Of a stretch of DNA of 64,000 nt, positions 1 through 9,557 are shown in pieces (position 1 is the stretch's first letter; every line of letters starts with the position of its first letter). A program made the position numbers and the translations under genes. This stretch comes from an uncultured Verrucomicrobiae bacterium (GTDB lineage Bacteria; Verrucomicrobiota; Verrucomicrobiia; Chthoniobacterales; UBA10450). The notes beneath the pieces were generated by a model that ran no database searches, had not been told where the DNA came from, and was given only the letters and a program-made list of their open reading frames with translations. Location: contig CAVTMK010000001.1 of NCBI GenBank assembly GCA_963735805.1, forward strand, positions 288,001 to 352,000. Direction: 5' to 3'.

Positions 1-1
1 T

Positions 2-1420
2 TGGAATGCTGGCGCACAGAAAATCAAACAGTACACTGCAGACGAAATTATTGGGAAGAACTTCGCCTGCTTTTATACGGCGGAAGATGTGGCCGCCGAA
101 AGGCCCCAGCGCAATCTGCGCGAAGCCGCTCGCACAGGGCGAATCCGAGATCAAGGCCCACGCGTTCGGAAAGACGGATCGGTCTTTCAGGCGGAAATTG
201 TCCTGACTGCACTGCGTGATAGCTCAGGCAACCTTCGTGGTTATTCCAAAGTCACACGCGACATCACCGACCAAATTCGCAGCCGGGAACTTGAAGCAGA
301 AAAAATTGCGGCCGAAAAAGCTGGCAAGGCCAAGGACGATTTTCTCGCGGCACTCAGCCATGAACTGCGCACGCCTCTGACGCCAGCCTTGGCCGCCGCC
401 AACTACCTGGCAAGCAATGCGTCGAAACTTCCAGCAGAATTCGTGGAGGACCTGGAAATAATTAAACGTAACGTGCGATTACAGGCGCGATTGATTGATG
501 ATTTGCTGGATCTCACCCGGATCACCCGCGGCAAGCTGCAACTCCATTTGGAACCCGTTGATGCGAACGCGGTTGTCCGCGACGCGGTCGAGATTGCAAA
601 TTCAGCTATCCTATCAAAGAAACTAAAAATTTCGACGGAGCTCAAAGCCGAGAAACACCACATCCGCGCTGACTCGATCCGCCTTCAGCAAATATTTTGG
701 AACCTGATCAACAATGCTGTGAAGTTCACGCCGCCCGGCGGACAGATTGCGATCCGTACCTATAATGATAATGCTGGTCATTTTCGTTTCGAGATTACGG
801 ATAATGGGATTGGAATTGAACGCGAGCGTCTGGTTTCGATCTTCACTCCCTTTGAACAGGCGGATCCGTCCGTCAGCCGTCAGTTCGGAGGCCTTGGGTT
901 AGGTCTCGCTATTTCAAAGCATCTTATCGATCTTCACCACGGCGGAATTGAAGCAGAGAGCCGCGGCCGTAGTTTCGGAACTACCGTCAAGATCACGCTC
1001 GACACGCTGCCAGAAGGAACCAATGAAGCTTCGACGGACTCTGCCTTTCCGAAACACGAGGCAAAGCCGTTGCGTATTCTTTTAGTGGAAGACCATCGCG
1101 ACACCCGACATGCGATGTCACGCCTGCTTACCCATTTTGGCCATCAAACTTCGGTAGCCGATAGTACCCGGAGCGCGTTAGAAATGATGGCGTCCCAACG
1201 GTTCGATCTGGTTTTGTGTGACATCGGTCTCCCCGATGGCACCGGTTATGACGTTGTTTCAAAAGCTAAGACAAAGGGGCCGATCAAGGCAGTCGCGATC
1301 ACTGGCTTTGGCACGGATGAAGATATCCGACGGTCCAAGGAGGCGGGATTTGATTTCCACCTCGTCAAGCCGGTAGACTTTCAGGAGTTACGAACTGTCC
1401 TTGAGCAAGTCGGAGCTTAG
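2..1420 (+). CDS. Hybrid sensor histidine kinase (PAS-HisKA-HATPase_c-receiver), 5' end outside window
   Basis: Frame open from nt 2 (WNAGAQKIKQYTADEIIGKNF, PAS-like); H-box LSHELRTPL; N-box NLINNAVKFT; G boxes DNGIGI and GGLGLGL; receiver ILLVED...CDIGLP...KP. Confidence 0.95.
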   Translation, partial: WNAGAQKIKQYTADEIIGKNFACFYTAEDVAAERPQRNLREAARTGRIRDQGPRVRKDGSVFQAEIVLTALRDSSGNLRGYSKVTRDITDQIRSRELEAEKIAAEKAGKAKDDFLAALSHELRTPLTPALAAANYLASNASKLPAEFVEDLEIIKRNVRLQARLIDDLLDLTRITRGKLQLHLEPVDANAVVRDAVEIANSAILSKKLKISTELKAEKHHIRADSIRLQQIFWNLINNAVKFTPPGGQIAIRTYNDNAGHFRFEITDNGIGIERERLVSIFTPFEQADPSVSRQFGGLGLGLAISKHLIDLHHGGIEAESRGRSFGTTVKITLDTLPEGTNEASTDSAFPKHEAKPLRILLVEDHRDTRHAMSRLLTHFGHQTSVADSTRSALEMMASQRFDLVLCDIGLPDGTGYDVVSKAKTKGPIKAVAITGFGTDEDIRRSKEAGFDFHLVKPVDFQELRTVLEQVGA

Positions 1421-1440
1421 ATTGCCGGCACAATCAAGCC

Positions 1441-2493
1441 CTAACGATTTGCCCCTGCCGGGAACATCACTTTCTCTGGCGCCGTATTCAGCGCGGCGAG
1501 AAGCTTTCTGATCAAGCGCGTTTTGACACGGCCCGCTTCGCGTGGCGCGACCAGATAGCGGACAATGGCTTCGAGCCAGGTGTTTTCGCTTACCCGAAAA
1601 AAAACGCGCGGCCGCTCGCGCACTTCGAGTTCGTCGATGGGTGTACGGGCAAGCAAGTCCCGAAATGTTTCGATACGTTTGATCATTTCCTCGCCTAGCT
1701 CCTCCTCAGTAATTTTTTGCATCGTATTCGCGATGAACTCGAGGTCAGCGTTGAAAGCGACATAGAACTTGATCTCGTTCCAAACGTACGGAAAAAGCGG
1801 CCACGAATAATTATAAACGATCTCGTCTAGCACTTTCTCATTCGGAAACTTGATCAAGCGACCGCTCGGATGATCGCCGGAAAGATATTTGCCGCCGAAT
1901 TCCCAGAGAGTGGTGTCGAGATATCCCACATCAATTACGTCGCCCGTGGCTTCGCCGATTTGTATGCGATCACCCACGCGGAAAGGCTGGCGGACGAGAA
2001 TGTAAATCCAGGCGATGAAGCTTTTCATCGGTGTTTGGACAGCGAGGCCGATGATCACTGAGCCAATACCGAGTGCGGCAAGCGCTCCATACCAATTGAC
2101 GAAAATGATCGATATGGCGATGACTACGACAATCAGCGCGACAACCAAATGCATCACACGCTGAAGCGTGAAACGGGTGGAAGAATCCTCGATCCGTCCC
2201 AGCCCGTAAACGGAAATGGCTCGCGCGATGGCGAGGATGACCACGATCAGGGCTGTGCTGCGTAGAATTCGTTCGACAACGCCGGCAATTCCTTGCGGCA
2301 GCGGAATCAGCTTGGAGCCGACGAGAAGATATGCCGCGGTGCAACCCAATAAGATAACTGCTTTTATGACGAACCAGAACTTGTCTTTGCCGCCGGCCTT
2401 GATTGCGTCGGTATGCTTTCCGCCGGTGGTCCGTTGGAGCTCCTTGCGAATTTCCGGTCTCTGCGAAATTTCCTCCGGTGTCTCAGCCATCAT
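1441..2493 (-). CDS. Small-conductance mechanosensitive channel (MscS family)
   Basis: TM helices followed by PFRVGDRIQIG..GDVIDVG; start placed at MMAETPEE rather than the ORF-track start. Confidence 0.88.
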   Translation of the reverse strand: MMAETPEEISQRPEIRKELQRTTGGKHTDAIKAGGKDKFWFVIKAVILLGCTAAYLLVGSKLIPLPQGIAGVVERILRSTALIVVILAIARAISVYGLGRIEDSSTRFTLQRVMHLVVALIVVVIAISIIFVNWYGALAALGIGSVIIGLAVQTPMKSFIAWIYILVRQPFRVGDRIQIGEATGDVIDVGYLDTTLWEFGGKYLSGDHPSGRLIKFPNEKVLDEIVYNYSWPLFPYVWNEIKFYVAFNADLEFIANTMQKITEEELGEEMIKRIETFRDLLARTPIDELEVRERPRVFFRVSENTWLEAIVRYLVAPREAGRVKTRLIRKLLAALNTAPEKVMFPAGANR

Positions 2494-2594
2494 TAGTAAG
2501 TTCGCATTCGGCGAAGAAATGAGTGCAGAATACTGCGGTCCCATGCCATGGATTTTGAAGCCGCTGAAGTTCTCATCGCAATCGATTCTCAGAT

Positions 2595-3647
2595 GTGCTC
2601 TCGAACACCGATATTGCGGAATTGCTTGCAGCCAAGGCGGAGCGCGAGAGCGGAATCCTCTCACGTGCGTTTCGCCGAGCGGCTCGCAGCGCTTTTTTGT
2701 GGCCGGAAGAAGCAGCTCACGTTGCGGCACAGAACCGATCGCTGACCGAGTTGCGCGCAATTGGACCGTTCATCGAGAAGCAAATTCGGCGCTGGCTTGA
2801 TAAACCTCCTCCGGTAATCAAACGGGTTCCCGCGATTCGGCGCAACTTCATTTCGCTGGCTAAAGCAAGACAACTATTGGCCGCGAAACAAACATGGGCG
2901 AAGAATCTGCGCGGTGATTTGCAAATGCACACGCGCTGGAGCGATGGATCAGGTACGATCGCCGAAATGGCCGATGCAGCGATCGAGAGATCGTATGAAT
3001 ACATCGCAATCACTGATCATTCAAAAGGCTTAAAGATTGCCGGCGGCATCGACGAAAGGGCTTTGAAAAAACAGGGAAACCAGATCGCCAAGCTAAACGT
3101 GTCACTGCGAAAATCCGGTAAAGACCTGGTAGTGCTTCGCTCCATCGAGATGAATCTTAACCTGCGAGGTGAAGGAGACATGTCACCGGCGTCCCTAGCA
3201 GCTTTGGACCTTGTGTTGGGCGCGTTTCATTCTTCCTTGCGACTAGTTGACGATCAAACCGACCGTTACCTGGCCGCGTTGCGTAATCCGAACATTCATG
3301 TTCTCGGGCATCCACGTGGCCGTATATACAATTATCGATTGGGCCTGAGAGCAGACTGGCCTCGTGTTTTCGCCGAAGCTGCCAGGCTCGGTAAGGCGTT
3401 AGAAATTGATTGTTACCCGGATCGACAGGATCTGAGTATCGACTTACTCAAGGTAGCGCGTAACCACGGAGCCTTGATCTCCTTAGGTACAGATGCCCAT
3501 CATCCGTGGCAATTGGAGTTCATCGTGCTTGGGCTCGCCGCTGCATCGCAGGCGAAGATTCCAGCAAAACGAATTGTGAATTTCATGTCAGCTCCGGATT
3601 TAGAAAATTGGACACGGCGGCTACGTGACCGCAGCCTGGGGAAGTGA
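2595..3647 (+). CDS. PHP-domain protein with a PolX-like N-terminal helical/HhH domain and no polymerase palm
   Basis: N-term SNTDIAELL..RAFRRAA..LTELRAIGP; PHP motifs GDLQMHTRWSDG, AITDHS, LGHPRGR, GTDAH. Confidence 0.82.
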   Translation: MLSNTDIAELLAAKAERESGILSRAFRRAARSAFLWPEEAAHVAAQNRSLTELRAIGPFIEKQIRRWLDKPPPVIKRVPAIRRNFISLAKARQLLAAKQTWAKNLRGDLQMHTRWSDGSGTIAEMADAAIERSYEYIAITDHSKGLKIAGGIDERALKKQGNQIAKLNVSLRKSGKDLVVLRSIEMNLNLRGEGDMSPASLAALDLVLGAFHSSLRLVDDQTDRYLAALRNPNIHVLGHPRGRIYNYRLGLRADWPRVFAEAARLGKALEIDCYPDRQDLSIDLLKVARNHGALISLGTDAHHPWQLEFIVLGLAAASQAKIPAKRIVNFMSAPDLENWTRRLRDRSLGK

Positions 3648-3783
3648 TAAGTCCATTCCTTCGACAACCGGGCAACGCACCGCGCCCGATTCCATGATGT
3701 AAAAGTGAGCTTCAGCCCCACGAGCCATGAACGCTCGTTAGCGGAGGGTTCGCCCACGGAAAAAACGAAAGGAAAACAACAAA

Positions 3784-4113
3784 ATGAAAAAGATACTATT
3801 GAGTATAGCCCTTGCAGTTGCGGCTCCATTCGCATGGGCTCAGGTCTCAGAGACCACCACAACGACGACCACAACAGAAGGCAACGGCACGATCACTGAG
3901 TACACTCCGGGAAACACCATCGTACTCAGAGAAAGCAGCGGACCACGGAGCTACCACTTCGGAAAAACAGTCACTTACGTGACGCGTAGTGGCAGGACCC
4001 TGGACGAAGAGGCCGTGAGGACGAGAGTTAAGGTCGGTATTCCCGTCCGGGTTCACTACGTCGGGACAGGCGACAACATGATGGTCGATCGGGTAATTCT
4101 TGACGAAGATTAA
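3784..4113 (+). CDS. Exported hypothetical protein (signal peptide, Thr-rich linker, small beta domain)
   Basis: MKKILLSIALAVAAPFAWA signal; SD-like GAAAGGA upstream. Confidence 0.75.
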   Translation: MKKILLSIALAVAAPFAWAQVSETTTTTTTTEGNGTITEYTPGNTIVLRESSGPRSYHFGKTVTYVTRSGRTLDEEAVRTRVKVGIPVRVHYVGTGDNMMVDRVILDED

Positions 4114-4144
4114 GAACGAAACCTGAGCTCGCTTGTTTTCCTCG

Positions 4145-4183
4145 CGTCCTTCCTGTTCTGTCGATTACGGAACAGGAAGGACG
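4145..4183 (+). terminator. Stem-loop after the exported-protein gene
   Basis: CGTCCTTCCTGTTC / GAACAGGAAGGACG perfect 14-bp arms; weak U-tract. Confidence 0.55.
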
Positions 4184-4506
4184 TTGCTTGTTTGGGCTTG
4201 ATCGAAGCGTATGATGGGCTGTTCTGCCATCAGTAACCTAAAGCGGGTCCGGCTCACCTCTAAATAACTCAGCTCCGCAAACCGAACGAGAACGTCCCGA
4301 AGATTTTTTAGAATTCGCTGAGAACAATGTCGAATGAGGAGAAACCCGGTTCGCGTCTTTGCTTTCGCTCGGTTTCTCCATTCTCCATTTCTTCCTGGTA
4401 TAGAAAAGTACCCAGGATAATTCCCCCCTTATCTAGGCGGCCGCAGCTGAAGCGCTATACTGCGTCGCTAGCTGCGGCCATCTAAACGTATCACGCATCC
4501 TACCCC

Positions 4507-4677
4507 TTACGGGACGCCTCTTCCTCTCCATCCAAAGATGAAAAAGATCACGCACATCACCAGGAATATGAAGAACAGAATCTTCGCGATTCCCGCAGAA
4601 GCCGCAGCAATCCCTCCAAATCCCAGCACCGCTGCCACTAGCGCAATTATTAAAAATGTAACAGCCCAGCCTAACAT
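4507..4677 (-). CDS. DUF1328 (UPF0391/YtjA-like) small membrane protein, 56 aa
   Basis: [48 protein letters not shown]. Confidence 0.92.
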   Translation of the reverse strand: MLGWAVTFLIIALVAAVLGFGGIAAASAGIAKILFFIFLVMCVIFFIFGWRGRGVP

Positions 4678-4859
4678 CTTCTCACCTCCTTTTACGAGGG
4701 AATCGCATTCACCATTAACTGTGCGCGGCTTTCGTTTTCTAATCAGGCCCCTGATCAGCAAACCGCCTAGGAATTTTGTGCCAGGCATTGGGCTTACAAC
4801 ATCCAAGACGCGACCTTATAGTTGCTATCCTAGCTAGTCCTCGACAACACACAAAAAGC

Positions 4860-4887
4860 AAACGGCGGGAGTCGCCTCCCGCCGTTT
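4860..4887 (-). terminator. Intrinsic terminator
   Basis: AAACGGCGGGAG-TCGC-CTCCCGCCGTTT 12-bp stem, T-run on minus strand just after the 54-aa ORF. Confidence 0.8.
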
Positions 4888-4910
4888 CTTCTTAACTTAA
4901 CGAACAAGGC

Positions 4911-5075
4911 TTATCGTCCGCCTTGCTGGCCACCGCCCTGTTGACCAGCTTGTTTTTCGCGCTCCCGCTGTTGGCGTTCACGTTCCTGTCTCTCGCGCTC
5001 TTCTTGTTGTCCGCCACCTTGCTGTCCGGGACCACCAGGTTTACCCGGTTCGTTCGGATTGTGTTGTGTTTCCAT
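4911..5075 (-). CDS. 54-aa Gly/Gln/Glu/Arg-rich hydrophilic protein (not in ORF track)
   Basis: METQHNPNEPGKPGGPGQQGGGQQEERERQERERQQREREKQAGQQGGGQQGGR*; SD GAAAGG; own terminator. Confidence 0.78.
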   Translation of the reverse strand: METQHNPNEPGKPGGPGQQGGGQQEERERQERERQQREREKQAGQQGGGQQGGR

Positions 5076-5234
5076 ATTACCTTTCATTTTTGTTGCTAAC
5101 GTTTACCTTGCCACATCGCGACTGCGATGAAGACCTCGTCTTGCTCTCGAATCGCCTTCAAACGTGTTGCTGGATGGGACAATCTAATAAGAAGGTTTAC
5201 CTTTGGTGTTGAGGGTAGCCGCGGTAACAGTGTG

Positions 5235-5759
5235 TTATCGATTAGGACCCGCGCCGGCCAACTCCGTCTCCATTAGAGCTTCCGGATTTACAATGGTTTC
5301 CGCCAGTCTGTTGAGAACCTCATTCGTTTCCGCTTCTTCATCCAGCGTAGTTTGCAAAAGCTCTGCGGCCTTGTTTTGGCCAAGCAAATGCGCAAAGGTG
5401 CGGACACTGCCATAACTGGCGATCTCGTAATGTTCGACCTTTTGCGCCGCTACAATGATACCAGCATCCAGTACGGATTCGTCGCCATCTTGTTCCAGGA
5501 TTTCTGATCCTTCCTCGATAAGTCCTTTCATAGCCCGGCATGTTTTACCTTTTGGCTTCTCGCCAAGTTCTCCAAAGATTTCTTCAAGGCGTTCGACGTG
5601 GGTTTTGGTCTGTTCGAGATGTTTCTCGAAAGCGTCTTTCAATTCATCTGATGACGCTCCTTTAGCCATCTTTGGCAACGCTTTCAGTAACTGAGTTTCC
5701 GCATTATAAAGATCCCGCAGCTCGTCGGTATAAAGTTTTTGTAGTGTATCCACCTTCAT
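5235..5759 (-). CDS. Ferritin-like DUF892 (YciF family) protein
   Basis: ELRDLYNAE..KALPKMAK..HLEQT..C.AM.GLIEE..AAQKVEHYEIASYG. Confidence 0.93.
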   Translation of the reverse strand: MKVDTLQKLYTDELRDLYNAETQLLKALPKMAKGASSDELKDAFEKHLEQTKTHVERLEEIFGELGEKPKGKTCRAMKGLIEEGSEILEQDGDESVLDAGIIVAAQKVEHYEIASYGSVRTFAHLLGQNKAAELLQTTLDEEAETNEVLNRLAETIVNPEALMETELAGAGPNR

Positions 5760-5901
5760 GATCGTGTTTTTCTCTTTCCTTTTTTATTCCTGAGTTTTTT
5801 CCCTGATGTTTATTGGCATCGCGCGTTTGAAGCGTCAGCCCAAGGAATAAACGCCGCCAGTTGTGTGACTGCGCGTCTTTGATTTTAGAATTTTCCAAAA
5901 G

Positions 5902-6987
5902 TCATGTTTGAGCGGTAATCTCGCGTCGGGACGATTCGATACACCGATCAAGATGCCTCATGCGACGGTCAATCGTACGTTTGTATACGTTGACATAGTC
6001 CCTTGCCATCCGCGCGGCAGTAAAATGCTTATCAAATACTCCGCGACAATGCGCGCGGCTGAGCTCGGAGACGCGATGAACTGCTTCAGCTGCCTGCTCA
6101 AGGTCCTTTACAATAAATCCTGTCTCGCCTTCCGTTATCACTTCAGGCACCGCGCCGCCGTCATACGCGATTACGGGCGTCCCACACGCCATGGCTTCAA
6201 TCATCACAAGACCGAATGGTTCCGGCCAATCTATGGGAAAGAGCAGAGCGTAGGCATTACCCAGAAAGTCGTCCTTTTCTTGATCACTGATTTCGCCGAC
6301 CCATTCCACGTGAGACTCCTGTAGCAGCGGTTCGACGACCCTCTTGAAATATCTTTTGTCCTTTCGGTCAACCTTGGCGGCAATCTTGAGCGGCATTCCC
6401 GCCTGCTTGGCAATTTCTATTGCTCGATCCGCGCGCTTTTCTGGCGATATCCGCCCAAGAAAAGCGAGATAGGTGCCAGGGGTTGGCCGAAATCGCAATA
6501 AGTCTTGTGGCAAGCCATGGTAGATCGTTCCGACCCAATTCGCCCACGGCAAAGGTTGGCGTTGTCCGTTTGAAATTGAGATAACAGGTACATCGCGAAA
6601 GCGATCGTAAACCGGGATCAGGTCTGGCATATCGAGCCGGCCATGCAGCGTCGTAATGTGTGGAACAGGCAGATACCGAGAAACTGGAAACTGAAGGTAA
6701 TCAGTATGAAAATGGATCACATCAAAGTCGAGAGCGTGTTCCAATACTCGATCTATCATTGCTAGGTGGTGCGCCAGATGGTCCACGCACTGTTTGTTCA
6801 GACGCAGCGAGCGATGACACCCCGGGATTAGGCGGGCTTGTGTGACCGAGTCGCCGCTTGCAAATAGAGTAACATCATGCCCCGCACGAACCAATTCCTC
6901 CGTAAGGTAAGAGACGATCCGTTCCGTACCTCCGTACTTTTTTGGAGGCACACTTTCAGTTAATGGCGCAACTTGTGCGATTCTCAT
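5902..6987 (-). CDS. Glycosyltransferase family 4
   Basis: MRIAQVAPL..VPP..YGGTER; FLGRISPEK; EPFGLVMIEAMACGTPV (EX7E). Confidence 0.93.
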   Translation of the reverse strand: MRIAQVAPLTESVPPKKYGGTERIVSYLTEELVRAGHDVTLFASGDSVTQARLIPGCHRSLRLNKQCVDHLAHHLAMIDRVLEHALDFDVIHFHTDYLQFPVSRYLPVPHITTLHGRLDMPDLIPVYDRFRDVPVISISNGQRQPLPWANWVGTIYHGLPQDLLRFRPTPGTYLAFLGRISPEKRADRAIEIAKQAGMPLKIAAKVDRKDKRYFKRVVEPLLQESHVEWVGEISDQEKDDFLGNAYALLFPIDWPEPFGLVMIEAMACGTPVIAYDGGAVPEVITEGETGFIVKDLEQAAEAVHRVSELSRAHCRGVFDKHFTAARMARDYVNVYKRTIDRRMRHLDRCIESSRREITAQT

Positions 6988-7152
6988 GTTTATATCCTTC
7001 GCATCCCGATTCCGCGGCAATCCATAAATTACTTAAACACAAGGTAGTCGAGGGTCATTTGCTAGGGATGCACTGATCACTGGTTATCTCGTCGCAGAAT
7101 AATTGAAGACCTACTTCTTGGACTGGGATTTCGTGATGCTAGGAAGTCGAAC

Positions 7153-7269
7153 TCAATTGCAGCCCCGTAGCAAAAAGATAAGAAACAAAATCGGGATCGG
7201 AATACCTAATAGCCACAGCAAAATGTAGCCAGTTGCACCTGCTTCCTTGATTTTAGTAGTTAGACGCAT
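7153..7269 (-). CDS. 38-aa single-pass membrane peptide (not in ORF track)
   Basis: MRLTTKIKEAGATGYILLWLLGIPIPILFLIFLLRGCN*; SD GAAAGGA; colinear paralog at 10562-10678. Confidence 0.72.
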   Translation of the reverse strand: MRLTTKIKEAGATGYILLWLLGIPIPILFLIFLLRGCN

Positions 7270-7356
7270 CCCGGATAATCCTTTCTCCACGCGGTTGATT
7301 TCTGCTAACCCACAAATTGCATCGGTTGATCAAACACTCAATCCGGCGAGTGGATG

Positions 7357-7374
7357 ATTGTCCTATGAGACAAT
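7357..7374. promoter_or_regulatory. Putative operator palindrome ATTGTC-N6-GACAAT
   Basis: Perfect 6-bp inverted repeat; TGTC-N6-GACA recurs at 10777-10790 in the same GGATGA...CCTATA context upstream of the paralog. Confidence 0.45.
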
Positions 7375-7535
7375 TTCCTATAGTGCGCCCGTGCCGCTAC
7401 AAAGTGGGAACTGTGGCCAATAACATCGTCCGCGTTTAGTTTCTTCTTTCTGCTCGGAATTCAGCGGCTTACAGACGTGGGCAAGTCTTTGCGACCATTT
7501 TCCCGATTGTGTGCGAAGTTAAAGCAGACTCGCTG

Positions 7536-8012
7536 ATGAAAAGCCAAGGCGAAAAGCTAAAAACACAGGAAAAGAAGCGGGATTTCTTTTGCCTTATAAG
7601 CGATGCATTTCGCATTTTTGCCCGTCATTCCGCTAGCGCGCTCGGGAGTGCATGGGCCTTTGCGGGAGCCGGAATCGTAATTTTGGTCTGGATTATCTCC
7701 GGCCCAGCGTTTCATTTTTCCGATACCTGGCAGTTGGTCATTAACACCGCAACAACGATCGTGACCTTCCTTATGGTGTTTCTGATTCAAAATACACAGA
7801 ACCGCGACGCCAAAGCAATGCATCTCAAGTTGGACGAGCTGATCCGCGCCCTTAAAGGCGCACGTAATCACCTTGTCGATCTGGAAGATTTATCTGACGA
7901 GGAGCTGCAAAAGTTGGAAAAGCAATTCCAGAACTTGCGCAAACGAGCTGAGAACGATGGGACTCCTTCGCGTCAGGGAAGATCCTCGAATCGCGCCAAG
8001 GACGCACGTTGA
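7536..8012 (+). CDS. Low-affinity iron permease (Fet4-like) family protein, copy 1
   Basis: FSDTWQLVINTATTIVTFLMVFLIQNTQNRD.KAMHLKLDELI. Confidence 0.9.
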   Translation: MKSQGEKLKTQEKKRDFFCLISDAFRIFARHSASALGSAWAFAGAGIVILVWIISGPAFHFSDTWQLVINTATTIVTFLMVFLIQNTQNRDAKAMHLKLDELIRALKGARNHLVDLEDLSDEELQKLEKQFQNLRKRAENDGTPSRQGRSSNRAKDAR

Positions 8013-8158
8013 CATGTGCGTTGGTTCTCTTTTGCCTTAGCGCGGCTGGTACCAACTTTAATTTCATAAACGGAGGACATTAGGCACAAATCACGTGTGC
8101 GTGCCGCCCTAAGTTTCCTTGGGGTCGCGGCTAAACGCTTTTGCCTTTGGCACCGCGC

Positions 8159-8623
8159 TTAGCGCGCCTTCACTCGCCTCATGCCGCTATGGTTCTTTCC
8201 GTTCCGCGCCGCTTTTTTGCGAACCCGTTCGAAGTGTTTCTCAAGGCTTGCGAGATCTTCGTCGGAAAGGTTTTCTAGATCAATCAGTTCATTTCGAGCG
8301 CCTTTCAGCGCTCGAATTATTTCGTCGAGTTTCAAGTGAGCCGCTTTGGCGTCGCGGTTCTGCGTGTTCTGAATAAGAAAGACCATCAGAAAAGTAACAA
8401 TTGTCGTCCCGGTGTTAATAATCAGCTGCCAGGTATTCGAATAATGAAACGCGGGGCCGGTTAGTCCCCAAAATAGGATAATAAGAATAGCGGCTGCAAA
8501 AGCCCAAGCGCTACCCAGCACCATCGACGAGCGCCTTGCAAAAATCCGAAAAGCATCGCGTGCTACGCAAAAGAAATCTCGTGACTTTTCTTTTTGCTCG
8601 AATTTTTCCTTCTGTGTTTCCAT
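8159..8623 (-). CDS. Low-affinity iron permease (Fet4-like) family protein, copy 2
   Basis: YSNTWQLIINTGTTIVTFLMVFLIQNTQNRD.KAAHLKLDEII. Confidence 0.9.
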   Translation of the reverse strand: METQKEKFEQKEKSRDFFCVARDAFRIFARRSSMVLGSAWAFAAAILIILFWGLTGPAFHYSNTWQLIINTGTTIVTFLMVFLIQNTQNRDAKAAHLKLDEIIRALKGARNELIDLENLSDEDLASLEKHFERVRKKAARNGKNHSGMRRVKAR

Positions 8624-8682
8624 CGCCACAAATAGCATCTGATCAGGAGTTGCGGAGTCGCAGGTCCTGCCGTCGACTGCCT

Positions 8683-8973
8683 TCAACGACGAAAGATCAA
8701 ACCGAGTACGAAACCGACTCCAAGCGCTGTAAAGACCGCCTTCGTCGGATTCTGACGGACGTATTGCTTGCTGTCGTCCTGAAAACCGCGTACGCGATCG
8801 AGAGCGTCGTCCAACATTTCTTTTCCACGCTCCCGATATTCATCGGCTATTGACCCTGCAGCTGAGCTAAGATCCGCCGCCGCCTTGCTTGCATGAGTCA
8901 CGCCACGCTTTGCTTCTTTTTTCACCTGCGGCGGGACCGCAGGGCCTTGTTCCGGTTGGTGTTGGTCACCCAT
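8683..8973 (-). CDS. DUF883 / ElaB-YqjD family tail-anchored protein
   Basis: C-terminal YVRQNPTKAVFTALGVGFVLGLIFRR. Confidence 0.85.
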   Translation of the reverse strand: MGDQHQPEQGPAVPPQVKKEAKRGVTHASKAAADLSSAAGSIADEYRERGKEMLDDALDRVRGFQDDSKQYVRQNPTKAVFTALGVGFVLGLIFRR

Positions 8974-8998
8974 AGAATTCCCCTATCTTTATTGTTTG

Positions 8999-9523
8999 TT
9001 AAACCTTCGGTGCGGATGCTTCGCTGACGGTGCTGATATCTTCAGCGCCGGCGGTCTTGAAAATGTCTTTCGCTCGATCAACGTCTTCGCTTTCGTCTGT
9101 GTGCACGGCGATCAGGTAATTCCCTTTTTTCAACTTCTCGTCATAGCGCTTTGCTTCGATCTCTGGAATGCCCAGGCCGACCAAACCGCCGACAACACCG
9201 CCGGTCGCCGCTCCGACAGCCGCGCCGCTAAGCGCCGCCATAATTGGACCCGCGGCGATAAAGGGACCAATACCAGGAATCGCCAAGGCGCCAACTCCCG
9301 CCAGCAATCCGATCACGCCGCCCGTGGCGCCCCCGGTAGCTGCACCGGCGGTTGCGCCCTCCGGCGCCTTTGTCGCTTTAACGTGACCAACGTCACGCGT
9401 GCCGCCTGTATCAGGCATGAGCACTGAAATTTCCGAGGTGGCGAAGCCTTGACCTTGGAGCTGTTGTACAATTCGTTCGCCTTGGCCGTGTGTGGTTGCA
9501 ATACCGAATACTGATTTAGACAT
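8999..9523 (-). CDS. Glycine-zipper general stress membrane protein
   Basis: GATAGAATGG..GLLAGVGALAIPGIGPFIAAGPI..GLGIPEIEAKRY. Confidence 0.82.
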   Translation of the reverse strand: MSKSVFGIATTHGQGERIVQQLQGQGFATSEISVLMPDTGGTRDVGHVKATKAPEGATAGAATGGATGGVIGLLAGVGALAIPGIGPFIAAGPIMAALSGAAVGAATGGVVGGLVGLGIPEIEAKRYDEKLKKGNYLIAVHTDESEDVDRAKDIFKTAGAEDISTVSEASAPKV

Positions 9524-9557
9524 AATGATTTTCTTTCGTTTTTCTTAGGTTGTTTGG

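Noticed and set aside
2494..2760. N-terminal extension of MscS in the ORF track
   Set aside because: Overlaps the divergent PHP gene and looks non-coding; the start near 2490-2493 is more plausible.
4750..4790. Sigma-54 promoter (TGGCAC) upstream of DUF1328
   Set aside because: The -12 TTGC element is missing at the required spacing.
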